64,000 nucleotides of DNA from a virus: positions 32,001 to 96,000 of IMG/VR virus record IMGVR_UViG_3300027788_001769; one strand, 5' to 3'. Below the pieces are notes generated by a model. It saw only the letters and a program-made list of their open reading frames with translations. It was not told where the DNA came from and ran no database searches. The position numbers were made by a program, and so were the translations under genes. This document shows positions 10,311 through 19,351 of this stretch, one piece after another (the first letter of the stretch is position 1; each line of letters opens with the position of its first letter).

Positions 10311-10326
10311 TATAAATATATTTATA
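10311..10326. promoter_or_regulatory. Palindromic back-to-back putative late promoters (TATAAATA|TATTTATA) for the deoC operon and sod
   Basis: Perfect 16-bp palindrome in the divergent intergenic region; same motif precedes other late genes. Confidence 0.6.
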
Positions 10327-10350
10327 ATATATAAAATGTCATAGGAAACA

Positions 10351-11004
10351 ATGAGAGAGTTAATTAAAAAAATATTAAAGGAGGGGTTTTTGTCTGAGGC
10401 AAAAAAAACATTCTTCAAACGGGTCACTTTACCATATGATTATAATTCAGTTAAGGGTTTTGTTGGGTATGAGACAATGTGGGAACACTACAATAAACAC
10501 TATAAAGGTTACACCACCAAGTTAAACGAAGCTTTATCTAAAAGAAAAAACCCAAATACTGACATAGAAAAGATAATTAGGGGAATTAAAAACTACGATA
10601 CATTTACAAGAAATAACGCTGGTGGGTATTATAACCATAGTTTATTTTTTAGAGATTACATAACACCTAAAAAAACAGAACTATCAAAAGAACTAAAAAC
10701 TAAAATAAATAAGGACTTTGGTTCATTGGATAATTTTAAAAGACAGTTTGACGAAGAGTCAACAAAAGTATTTGGTTCTGGTTGGTGCTGGTTGGTGATT
10801 AAAAATGGGAGACTAAAAATTGTTAGTACCCCAAACCAAGATAACCCACTAATGGATAATATGGGTGAGCCTTTATTAGGTTTAGATGTTTGGGAACATG
10901 CATACTACTTAAACTACATGTCCGATAGAAAAAAATATATAAAGAACTTTTGGGGTGTGGTTAATTGGGCTAAGGTATCTAAAAAATATGTAGAACTAAA
11001 ATAA
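10351..11004 (+). CDS. sodA: Mn/Fe superoxide dismutase (Mn-type signature)
   Basis: LPYDY, HYNKHYKGY, NNAGGYYNH, FGSGWCWL, TPNQD, DVWEHAYY. Confidence 0.93.
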   Translation: MRELIKKILKEGFLSEAKKTFFKRVTLPYDYNSVKGFVGYETMWEHYNKHYKGYTTKLNEALSKRKNPNTDIEKIIRGIKNYDTFTRNNAGGYYNHSLFFRDYITPKKTELSKELKTKINKDFGSLDNFKRQFDEESTKVFGSGWCWLVIKNGRLKIVSTPNQDNPLMDNMGEPLLGLDVWEHAYYLNYMSDRKKYIKNFWGVVNWAKVSKKYVELK

Positions 11005-11035
11005 AATAAATAAACTAAAATCTATATTTATTAGT

Positions 11036-11737
11036 ATGAAGATAAGACTCACGGAATCACAAGTAAAAAAATTGATGATGTTCCAACCAGGTAATGAAAT
11101 TAACTTGGACGAAAAGAAAAAGGATGATAGGTGTACTAGAATAGCTAAACAAAAATACGATGTTTGGCCATCAGCTTATGCTTCTGGGGCAGTGGTTAGA
11201 TGTAGAGCTGGTAAGATTTGGAAAAAGTTAAAAGAGGAAGATGTTTTAGAAAAAACCGATTTCACAAAAGAAAAGGATAAAGGGTTACACGGTTGGTTTG
11301 AACGACAAGGAGCACCTGGAAAGACTGGTGGGTGGGTTGACTGTAATACTTGTAATAACGGTAAGTGTAAACCTTGTGGTAGGGGTGAAGGTGAAAAAAG
11401 AAAGAAACCTAGGTGTAGACCCACTCCAGCTGCTTGTAAGGGGTTTAAAAATGAAAGTATTATAGAAGAAGCTGAATATAGGGGTAGAAAAGTAAAATTA
11501 AATAAACCCACAAGAGGAGATGTTAAAAAGTTCAAGGTGTATGTTAAGAACGAAAAAGGAAATGTGGTTAAAGTTAATTTTGGTCACGGAGGAACTTCAG
11601 CTAAAAAGAAGGGTGAAAAAACCATGAGAATTAAAAAATCTAACCCAGCTAGAAGAAAATCGTTCAGAGCTAGACATAAATGTGATACCCCAGGTCCTAA
11701 ATGGAAAGCAAGGTATTGGTCTTGTAGAGCTTGGTAG
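11036..11737 (+). CDS. Basic Cys-containing multi-module phage protein (DUF6321-like C-terminus)
   Basis: Modules WPSAYASGAVVRCR / GLHGWF..GGWVDC..CGR..PRCRP / AEYRGRKVKLNKP..ARRKSFRARHKC..YWSCRAW. Confidence 0.65.
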   Translation: MKIRLTESQVKKLMMFQPGNEINLDEKKKDDRCTRIAKQKYDVWPSAYASGAVVRCRAGKIWKKLKEEDVLEKTDFTKEKDKGLHGWFERQGAPGKTGGWVDCNTCNNGKCKPCGRGEGEKRKKPRCRPTPAACKGFKNESIIEEAEYRGRKVKLNKPTRGDVKKFKVYVKNEKGNVVKVNFGHGGTSAKKKGEKTMRIKKSNPARRKSFRARHKCDTPGPKWKARYWSCRAW

Positions 11738-12390
11738 TGAGGGAATTAATTAAAAAAATACTAAGGGAAGAATTTCTGTCGGAGGAAAAGGTAATTGGGT
11801 TTGGACAACCAAATAATAACTTTGTTGTTATTGCTGGTGGACCAGGAGCTGGTAAAAGTTTTATAAGTGGTAACCTAATCAACCTAAATAATGTTAAGAA
11901 TTTTAATGTTGACCAAGTAAGGGTTATGACAGCAAAAAAATTATGGGGTGACGAGTGGGAAGAAAAAATATCCACACCAGAAGGGTATCAACAAATACTA
12001 GATATGACGTACACCACCTCAAACCCAAAAAACCTAACAGTAAAATTTTTAAAACAATTTTTACAACATGAAAGAAACCAACAAGTTAATGTGGTATATG
12101 ATGCTGGTGGTGGTCAAGAACAAGTAATGAAAGACATACATAACCTAGCTAAAGAAAATGGTTTTAATACTACACTAGTGTATGTAAGAACACCTTTAGA
12201 GTTAGCTCAACTTAGAAATGACGATAGACCTAGAAGTTTACCACCGGAAATGGTGGCACAATACCATGAACAAGTTAAAGATAATATGAGGAATATGATT
12301 CCTGTATTTGACAATGTGTGGACAGTAGATAATAAAGAATTGATTAACTTATCAGATAGACCATCTGATAATATAGAAAAAATTAAATAA
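11737..12390 (+). CDS. P-loop kinase (zeta-toxin/AAA_33-like)
   Basis: Walker A IAGGPGAGKS, VVYDAG, lid-like RNDDRPRSL; GTG start overlaps the upstream TAG. Confidence 0.75.
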   Translation: MRELIKKILREEFLSEEKVIGFGQPNNNFVVIAGGPGAGKSFISGNLINLNNVKNFNVDQVRVMTAKKLWGDEWEEKISTPEGYQQILDMTYTTSNPKNLTVKFLKQFLQHERNQQVNVVYDAGGGQEQVMKDIHNLAKENGFNTTLVYVRTPLELAQLRNDDRPRSLPPEMVAQYHEQVKDNMRNMIPVFDNVWTVDNKELINLSDRPSDNIEKIK

Positions 12391-12820
12391 CTTTATTTAT
12401 TTTTAATTTAATTTTTGGGTATTTCATACAATAACTAATCACATCATCAATATGTTTATCCTTATCCTCCCAGTACTCTATTTCAGTAGTTTCAGGGTAT
12501 TTTTTTATTAAACTCTCTACTCTTTTCCCTTTAGACCTATTACCATCTTTACCTACTATAAATAATTTTTCATTAAAATTAATGTTTTTAGTTTTTAATA
12601 TGGACATAACCTCATCCTCAACACTACCTATTCTATTTGTTAAAAGAACAGTAATTACTTTTTTTTCATTAGACTCACTAAAGTATTTTTTTAGTGTTTC
12701 TTTATTAAATGTAAAGTCCCATTTTTTTGGGTCTAGGCTGTCTTTAGTGTCAAGATAAGTGCTGTCTTCATAAGGGGTTTCGACTAAGGTATTGTCAAAA
12801 TCGAACATAGATAATTTCAT
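12383..12820 (-). CDS. HAD-superfamily phosphatase (RNA-repair HAD-like)
   Basis: MFDFDNTLVETP, LLTNR, YWEDK. Confidence 0.7.
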   Translation of the reverse strand: MKLSMFDFDNTLVETPYEDSTYLDTKDSLDPKKWDFTFNKETLKKYFSESNEKKVITVLLTNRIGSVEDEVMSILKTKNINFNEKLFIVGKDGNRSKGKRVESLIKKYPETTEIEYWEDKDKHIDDVISYCMKYPKIKLKINKVI

Positions 12821-12842
12821 ATAGTTGTTTTTAAATTCTAAA

Positions 12843-12873
12843 CAAAGATACGAAAAATACTTTAAGATACAAA
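12843..12873 (-). promoter_or_regulatory. Bacteroidota housekeeping-sigma promoter
   Basis: Minus strand TTTG-N19-TATCTTTG matches the -33 TTTG / -7 TAnnTTTG consensus. Confidence 0.75.
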
Positions 12874-12892
12874 GAAAAACTATGTAAATTTG

Positions 12893-12924
12893 TTTGGTGC
12901 TTACGTAACTTTTTATTATCTTTG
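12893..12924 (+). promoter_or_regulatory. Bacteroidota housekeeping-sigma promoter
   Basis: TTTG-N20-TATCTTTG upstream of the 12972 gene. Confidence 0.75.
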
Positions 12925-12971
12925 TCGTATAATATAACAGGAATTAATACTAATTATAAAATAAAAAGAAT

Positions 12972-13208
12972 ATGATAGAATACATTTTAGGGTACTTAAC
13001 AGTTTCAATGGTAGTGATGATTGGGTTCATCTTAATTAACCAAAAACAACTACAAGAAAACTATTTAAAAATAGAGGAGGAAAGGAATGGCATACCAACT
13101 AACGGGTGGTACAACTTTTATATATTAACTCACTTTTTAAAAGCACCATTATTGTGTCCTATGATTCTTATAGTAATCTTATTTAACGGAGGTAAGTTAA
13201 TAAAATAA
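12972..13208 (+). CDS. Small membrane protein (2 predicted TM segments)
   Basis: Hydrophobic N- and C-terminal stretches; has its own promoter and terminator. Confidence 0.65.
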   Translation: MIEYILGYLTVSMVVMIGFILINQKQLQENYLKIEEERNGIPTNGWYNFYILTHFLKAPLLCPMILIVILFNGGKLIK

Positions 13209-13217
13209 TTACCAAAT

Positions 13218-13247
13218 AAAAAAACCACCTATTAAGTGGTTTTTTTT
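13218..13247. terminator. Bidirectional intrinsic terminator
   Basis: A7-CCAC-ctattaa-GTGG-T8 between convergent genes. Confidence 0.75.
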
Positions 13248-13271
13248 GTAAATATATGTTCTATTTTATTA

Positions 13272-14084
13272 TTAGTTCATGTTTAAGTCATCATCTAAAT
13301 CCTCTAACTCCTCTGGTTCATCTAAATCTGGATAAGGTATTGGTTTAGCTATAGAATCGTAACTTCTTGGTCTTTTTTGTGATTGTCCAGACCCCATAAG
13401 TTCAGCAGTATAAGTCATAAAGTTACTTAATTTAACCAAAGTATTCTCTATTTGTTTTCTAGTCTTAGGGTCTTTAACAAACTCGTAACCTTTTTTAATG
13501 CTATTAATAATGTTTTCTAGGCCTGATGCAGCAGACTCACCTGGGTGATTTCTATTACTACCACTACCGTAGAACGATTCAGCTATTATTTTAGAATTGT
13601 AATTTGATAATTTTAAACCACTTCCTTTTCTGGCTTTTATTGATTCTCTTATTACTTTGTAAGATTTATTTAATGATTTAACTAAATTGTTTTTTTCTTC
13701 TAGGTACTTATCAACAACTTTTTCACCAGCTGTAGCTCCCATAGCTCCCGCAGCAATCTTTGCTAAATTAGCCCACATTTCATCTAAATCTTCTTCAGGT
13801 TCATCAACTTCATCTAATTCACTAGGTGATTCACTATCCATGTAATAATCGTCACCAGACTGAGTTACCATACCTTGAGCGTCTGAATCCCCAATCGACA
13901 GGTCCCCATCACCAAAGTTCTCACCCATCTCGAACTCTTCGTAATCCATATAGTTTTCTAATAAATTATCAAACTGAGCTGGTGTTAATTTTATGTCACT
14001 AGGTTTTTTACCTGAATGTTCTCTTAATGATAGTCTTAACCCTAACCTATCTACTATTTCTGATTTTTTAATATTCCGTTCCAT
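13272..14084 (-). CDS. Acidic hypothetical protein, possible internal head protein
   Basis: Downstream of sheath; D/E-rich with many L/I-x-E sites (LRE, LLE, LDE, LEE, IRE, IAE). Confidence 0.55.
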   Translation of the reverse strand: MERNIKKSEIVDRLGLRLSLREHSGKKPSDIKLTPAQFDNLLENYMDYEEFEMGENFGDGDLSIGDSDAQGMVTQSGDDYYMDSESPSELDEVDEPEEDLDEMWANLAKIAAGAMGATAGEKVVDKYLEEKNNLVKSLNKSYKVIRESIKARKGSGLKLSNYNSKIIAESFYGSGSNRNHPGESAASGLENIINSIKKGYEFVKDPKTRKQIENTLVKLSNFMTYTAELMGSGQSQKRPRSYDSIAKPIPYPDLDEPEELEDLDDDLNMN

Positions 14085-14095
14085 TTTTAATTATT

Positions 14096-17000
14096 TTATA
14101 TGTTCTCAAATGATGCTCCTGTTGGTGTAATCAAGAACTCCACACTAATAAACTCAAGAGAACGAGTTGGTTTTATGTAAATTTTACCTTCTAACGTATT
14201 TTGGTCAATCAATTGAGGGTCATCAGAAACTACAACTCTAAAGTCAGTTAAACCCCTTTCTCTTCTAATAGAGTCCAATATTGGGTTAACTAAGTCTAAA
14301 AATTCATTTCTAACTTGTTCATCATTTTGTTCAAATACTAATTTTACAGACACTGAAGAAATAAGTTTTCTAGCTTGTAATAGTAATCTTCTTACGTTAA
14401 TTCTATCTAAAGCTGATTCTCTAGCTTGAAGTGTTTTGTTACCCCAAATAATCGTACCTACATCCGAGAACGTAGCGATTGGGTTAATCCTACCAGCGTA
14501 AAGAGTGTCTCTTTCATCTAAAGTAAGTTTCTTTCTAGCTTTTACAGCGTTTACAATACCACGAGTATAACCTGCTGAAGCGAACCAAGGGAATGAAATG
14601 TTATCCGTTAGTGCGATATTTCTCATAACATCGTACGTTGGTGGTAACCAAATTCTAGTATTATTTTCAGTGTCGTTATGTAATACCCAAGGGTAGTAAG
14701 TTGCTGTGTAGTTAGAGTCAATCCCTGTGTTATCTAAATTATCCACAGCCTCTGTAGGTTGTATGATGTTAGAAGGGTCACTAGGTGATGAAACAAACAC
14801 ATTAAAGTCAGGTGTTGTACACACATATAATGAATCGGCTCTTTCACCAACAACCATCTCAATACTTTCCTCAACTAAGTTACTATTATTTACATAATCA
14901 ATACCTGGTGTTGAGAATACGTTAATATTAACAGCTTCTGGATTTCTAAATGTTCTTATACCAAATAGGTAAGCGTAATAGTCAGTAGTTGCAAAATAAC
15001 CAGCTTCACCCCAAGGTGTTTTTGTAAGGAACTTAAACGAACCATCACCAGTTGCTCCTGGGAATTGTGTTGTACTACAAGCCCCATTTAAGAACCCTGA
15101 TTTTCCTCTAATGTAACTGTCACCATTAGTTCTAAACTTTCTATAAATGTCCCAACCATCAAAACCACCATAAGGCATGAATGTGAACTTTCTAGATTGT
15201 AGTTTATAATACGGACTACCAATATTTGTAGGTTCTTGTGTGAAAGGTGCGTCACCTACAGCGAACTGGTCTGTCGTTGCTGAAGAAGCCGTTGACCCGT
15301 ATGGACAACCACATAGGATGTGTGCACATAATTCACTGTGTTGTGAACAAGTTGCTCCACTATCTAAGTGGAATCCTTGTGTTAAACAAGCCCAATCATC
15401 TCCACTTGAGTCGTTACAAGCGTTAGTTGGTGCTTGTTTTCCTTTGTATTGGAAAAAGTCATCGTCATACGCTCCAGGTGCTACATCTGAAATACCTAAA
15501 TAAGTTGTTCTTATTTTATCACCAGAACTTAAACTTCTATTAGTTAAACCAGCAGTAGTTCCAAATGGTGGGTCATAAATGACATCACCAGGTGCGTCGT
15601 ATTTGGTTTTATAGTATAGTGTAGGACTTCTCATAGAATCATAAGACCTACTAATATACCCTTCAAAACCACAAGGAACCGCATCCCATAGGTTATTATC
15701 CATTTCTAACTCTGGGTCCATATCTAACATGATGTACCTACTCTTCAATTCGTAATCACCATTAACAGTACCAATCTTTTGACCTACGTAACTGTTAAGT
15801 GATGGGTTCATACTACATCTAGTGTATTTTTCTAACACTGTAGGTGAAGAATCTGTATCGTAGTAACTTCTAACTATTAAATCAAATTCAGCTCTTTCTA
15901 GACTTATATTAATAATTGAAATTTTAATAGCTGTATTTGCTGCGTTTCCATCAGCTACCGAAACAGCTCTAAATAATTTATAAACTTTACTACCTCTTAA
16001 TTCCGAAACAACATAAGGTGTTACCGGTGTTTGCCATTGTTCTTGGTAAAAACCAATAGTGTTTGTGTTGTTAGCGTTTCTAAATTCAGGTAAATTTAAT
16101 AATGTACATTGTAATCCTCTTACATAACCTTTTTTGTATGCGTGAGTCAACATATTTGGGTATGATTCCTCAACAAAAATAGGTACCTCTAACATGTCTT
16201 TATCAAAAGGTTGAACACCAAATACTTTCTTAAGGAATTTTTTGTCAGTTGGTGCCATATTAGTATCAAACCTAAACCCTCTATTTTCTCTATCTGTTAC
16301 ATCTATTGCAAATGTTGAGAATGGGTTAGTTAATACGTCGTCATAAGTACTTCCAGTACAAACAAAAGTAACATTTGTAGTTCCAGTAACTCTATATTCT
16401 GGACCACCAGAACCTAATGTACTAACACCCCTAGACCTAAACGTCGCTACTACTTGATTATCAAAATCACAATAAGTAGCTGCACTCCAGTAGGTGAATG
16501 TCATTGAAGTACTTCCAGTGTAAAGGTTGGTTGCACTTACTGTACTAGCATCTTGTACCGCTCCATTAGCTAAATCCACACCAATGGTCATTGATACACC
16601 AGTATATGCCCCATCTACATAATCAAAGAACGTATATTCCCAACTATCATTTTGGTTTGTATTACTACCAGCGTCACAGAAAGGTGAGTCAGCGTAACCA
16701 TTTGGATTGTATTGTGAATTTAATCTATTAGATGTAACACCAGAAAACGCTGCCCAAAAAGTATCATCTATAAAACCACCAGATGAATTTATTACAGGTG
16801 CAGGCCAAGTATTACCCGAAGACGGATTACCAACATCAAAGTTACTCACACCATATTGATAAGCTAGTGAGGTACCAGTTAAATTAGTAAGACATGGTGT
16901 TGTTCCAGTAGCACATGTTGCACTTGGGTGTGAAAAGTTATTATATAGTGCGTAAAAGAAAGAATTTAAATCTTGACGTAGTGTAGTTGTTGAACCATCG

Positions 17001-17728
17001 TATTTTGTTATTAATTCATCTATTGTTGGTACAATTACTGATGGTAAGTGAGTAGAGTACCAATCGTTACCCAGTGGTTGCATTGACCCATTAGCGAAAG
17101 TAGTTAATGGACCGGAAGTTATTGATGTTCCAGACCAATAAGTTGGTACATTAGTTACCAAATAAGAAACTGGAGTTTTACCACTTGCTCCATAACAAGA
17201 AGTTTGTCCAGAACCTTTGTAGTAATAACCTTGTTGGTCTACAATATCATATTGTGTATCACCTGTTTGGTAATATCCTTGACCTGGGAAAACCCTTGTC
17301 TCTCCAGATAGTGTTGAGAAACCTGGTACGTACGCATTATTCCATGAGGTACATTGTGATTGTATTGTATCACAATTTACATTACCCCTAGTCAATATAG
17401 ACCACGAAGGCCCAGCATCAAAACCAGAATAACCAAGTACCCTAGTAACAAATAGTTGATTTGATTGTTGTAAATATGCTTTCGCAATATATGATAGTTC
17501 ATATTTTGGTATTTGTGTTTCAACGTACTTTTCAGTACTAGTAGTACCGAAGTAAGTTTGAAACTCACCATATGAACTTATTAAAATAGGTTCAAACGCT
17601 GGACCTTGTAAAGTCTCACCCGCTAAACCTAATGTTGTAACACCTACACTTTGTGCTACGAAACTTAAATCTTTCTCCGACGTGTAAACACCCGGAGAAA
17701 CAAATACTTTGTTAGAATTACTCGCCAT
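14096..17728 (-). CDS. Contractile tail sheath protein (gp18-like), 1210 aa
   Basis: N-term FVSPGVYTSEKDLS; C-term YTATYYPW, PWFASAGYTRG, GRINPIATF, WGNKTLQ..SALDRINVRRLL, IYIKPTRSLEFI. Confidence 0.95.
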   Translation of the reverse strand: MASNSNKVFVSPGVYTSEKDLSFVAQSVGVTTLGLAGETLQGPAFEPILISSYGEFQTYFGTTSTEKYVETQIPKYELSYIAKAYLQQSNQLFVTRVLGYSGFDAGPSWSILTRGNVNCDTIQSQCTSWNNAYVPGFSTLSGETRVFPGQGYYQTGDTQYDIVDQQGYYYKGSGQTSCYGASGKTPVSYLVTNVPTYWSGTSITSGPLTTFANGSMQPLGNDWYSTHLPSVIVPTIDELITKYDGSTTTLRQDLNSFFYALYNNFSHPSATCATGTTPCLTNLTGTSLAYQYGVSNFDVGNPSSGNTWPAPVINSSGGFIDDTFWAAFSGVTSNRLNSQYNPNGYADSPFCDAGSNTNQNDSWEYTFFDYVDGAYTGVSMTIGVDLANGAVQDASTVSATNLYTGSTSMTFTYWSAATYCDFDNQVVATFRSRGVSTLGSGGPEYRVTGTTNVTFVCTGSTYDDVLTNPFSTFAIDVTDRENRGFRFDTNMAPTDKKFLKKVFGVQPFDKDMLEVPIFVEESYPNMLTHAYKKGYVRGLQCTLLNLPEFRNANNTNTIGFYQEQWQTPVTPYVVSELRGSKVYKLFRAVSVADGNAANTAIKISIINISLERAEFDLIVRSYYDTDSSPTVLEKYTRCSMNPSLNSYVGQKIGTVNGDYELKSRYIMLDMDPELEMDNNLWDAVPCGFEGYISRSYDSMRSPTLYYKTKYDAPGDVIYDPPFGTTAGLTNRSLSSGDKIRTTYLGISDVAPGAYDDDFFQYKGKQAPTNACNDSSGDDWACLTQGFHLDSGATCSQHSELCAHILCGCPYGSTASSATTDQFAVGDAPFTQEPTNIGSPYYKLQSRKFTFMPYGGFDGWDIYRKFRTNGDSYIRGKSGFLNGACSTTQFPGATGDGSFKFLTKTPWGEAGYFATTDYYAYLFGIRTFRNPEAVNINVFSTPGIDYVNNSNLVEESIEMVVGERADSLYVCTTPDFNVFVSSPSDPSNIIQPTEAVDNLDNTGIDSNYTATYYPWVLHNDTENNTRIWLPPTYDVMRNIALTDNISFPWFASAGYTRGIVNAVKARKKLTLDERDTLYAGRINPIATFSDVGTIIWGNKTLQARESALDRINVRRLLLQARKLISSVSVKLVFEQNDEQVRNEFLDLVNPILDSIRRERGLTDFRVVVSDDPQLIDQNTLEGKIYIKPTRSLEFISVEFLITPTGASFENI

Positions 17729-17837
17729 TTCTCTTATTATTTTTAGTTATTATTATTATTCGATTTTTAAATAAATATTATGACCAGACTCAAAAGCATT
17801 AACTAAAATAACTAAATAATTAATGTGTGGGAAAAAA

Positions 17838-17857
17838 GTCATACTTTTGTCATACTT
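17838..17857 (+). repeat. Direct repeat GTCATACTT x2 (11-bp spacing), putative operator
   Basis: gtcatactt-tt-gtcatactt immediately upstream of ATG 17864. Confidence 0.5.
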
Positions 17858-17863
17858 ATTGGT

Positions 17864-18025
17864 ATGGAACACCCCAAAAGAGTAAAAAATATCAAGATAA
17901 CGCCAAAAACCCATAATATTTTAAAATCGTATTGTGATAAAAATGCTTTAAAGATGTTTGCTTTTGTTGAGAAGTTAATAATGGATAAGTGTAAACCTAA
18001 ACCAGACATATACGGTGATAGTTAA
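17864..18025 (+). CDS. Small ribbon-helix-helix-like DNA-binding protein
   Basis: KNIKITPKTHNILKSYCDKNALKMFAFVEKLI: alternating beta strand then two helices; ATG 17864 preferred over GTG 17825. Confidence 0.55.
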   Translation: MEHPKRVKNIKITPKTHNILKSYCDKNALKMFAFVEKLIMDKCKPKPDIYGDS

Positions 18026-19350
18026 TTAAAGTCAACCGAGAAGGTCAAGCACGACTCTTTATATGGGTCTATCTTAACAATGTTAAACGCAAGTGTTTGT
18101 CCTTTTAAAACATAATATACTGTAAATTTAGCGGCCGGTGTGTTAACACCGTCTATAGTTATAGAACAAGAAGTTATGTTAGTCATCTCTATAATTTGTA
18201 AATTACCATTATACATAAACACTTTACTACCATCTGTTTCTTGTGGTGGACCAATCTCTACAGTAGGTGTACTAGTATAACCTGAGCCCATAAATGTAAC
18301 ATCTATAGAAGTAACTGACTTATTAGTAACCACAGCTGTAGCTGTTGCTGCTGATATAGCTGGAATACCACCACCCAATAAAGTAACAGACGGTACACTT
18401 GAATACCCTGAACCAGTAATGTCTACAGTTATACCAGTAACCGAACCTCCGGAAATTATCGCTGTAGCACTCGCGGTAGTTCCAGAAGCAAAACAAACTA
18501 CCTCTGTAAAAGGACCTTCTGGATTTTCTTCTGTTGGTGGGGACTTTCTTTTTTTTGTTCTGGTGTCTACTTCTGTTAAAACTATAGACCTAGAGATTGC
18601 CGGTGTAACTTCAAACTCTTCACCGTCTATTAAAAATCCCTGTAATTGTAAATTGTAATTTTGGTTATAGAATCTTCTTTTTTCAAGATTACTTAATTGG
18701 CTTTCATCACTTATAGTCTGCATTATTATAGGAATGTAGTGTCCCTTAACAAAAGTATATGCCTGTCTAGAGGTGAAAGTTTGCAACATTACCTTATTAA
18801 AGTGATTTAACTCCCTCATTCGGTTACAAACAATTTTTATATCATAACTAATATCGATAGGTACCGGTTGTGGTATTTTATATAAATCCATTCCTTTTCT
18901 TTGCCCGTCCCAAGTTGGTACTTTGGCATAATGGAAAGCCCTCCTATCTGGTATAGTGTAATTTAAAGCTGGGTTTGTACCATACTGTGGGTCCGGTTGT
19001 CTAACTACCACTAAAAACGGAAGGTCTACCTGCCTGTCATCATCAACAAAACTCCAAGTATTTGAAAACTCTGCCCACCTCTGAACTGTAAGTATTTGGT
19101 CTATAAAATTTATACTTTTACCATCAATTTGTATTCTTAGTCGTTCCTTAACAAAATCTAACATACCTAAATCCAAATCTTCATGTAATACACTTTTAGG
19201 TAAAAAGGTACCATCTTTACTAATAAATTCTTCTAATTGTTTTCTTCTTTTAGGTGTGGACATGCCATCATATCCAGAGGGGTAATGAGGTTGATTCCTA
19301 ACTACCGGATACATGTTTAGTGTTTTTTTAACTTTTTTAGGTAGAGCCAT
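18022..19350 (-). CDS. Tail completion/sheath stabilizer (gp15-like) with C-terminal beta-repeat domain
   Basis: IPQPVPIDISYDIKI..ELN, YIPIIM..ISDES, LQGFL; two GSGY(S/T)SxPxV repeats. Confidence 0.65.
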   Translation of the reverse strand: MALPKKVKKTLNMYPVVRNQPHYPSGYDGMSTPKRRKQLEEFISKDGTFLPKSVLHEDLDLGMLDFVKERLRIQIDGKSINFIDQILTVQRWAEFSNTWSFVDDDRQVDLPFLVVVRQPDPQYGTNPALNYTIPDRRAFHYAKVPTWDGQRKGMDLYKIPQPVPIDISYDIKIVCNRMRELNHFNKVMLQTFTSRQAYTFVKGHYIPIIMQTISDESQLSNLEKRRFYNQNYNLQLQGFLIDGEEFEVTPAISRSIVLTEVDTRTKKRKSPPTEENPEGPFTEVVCFASGTTASATAIISGGSVTGITVDITGSGYSSVPSVTLLGGGIPAISAATATAVVTNKSVTSIDVTFMGSGYTSTPTVEIGPPQETDGSKVFMYNGNLQIIEMTNITSCSITIDGVNTPAAKFTVYYVLKGQTLAFNIVKIDPYKESCLTFSVDFN

Positions 19351-19351
19351 A

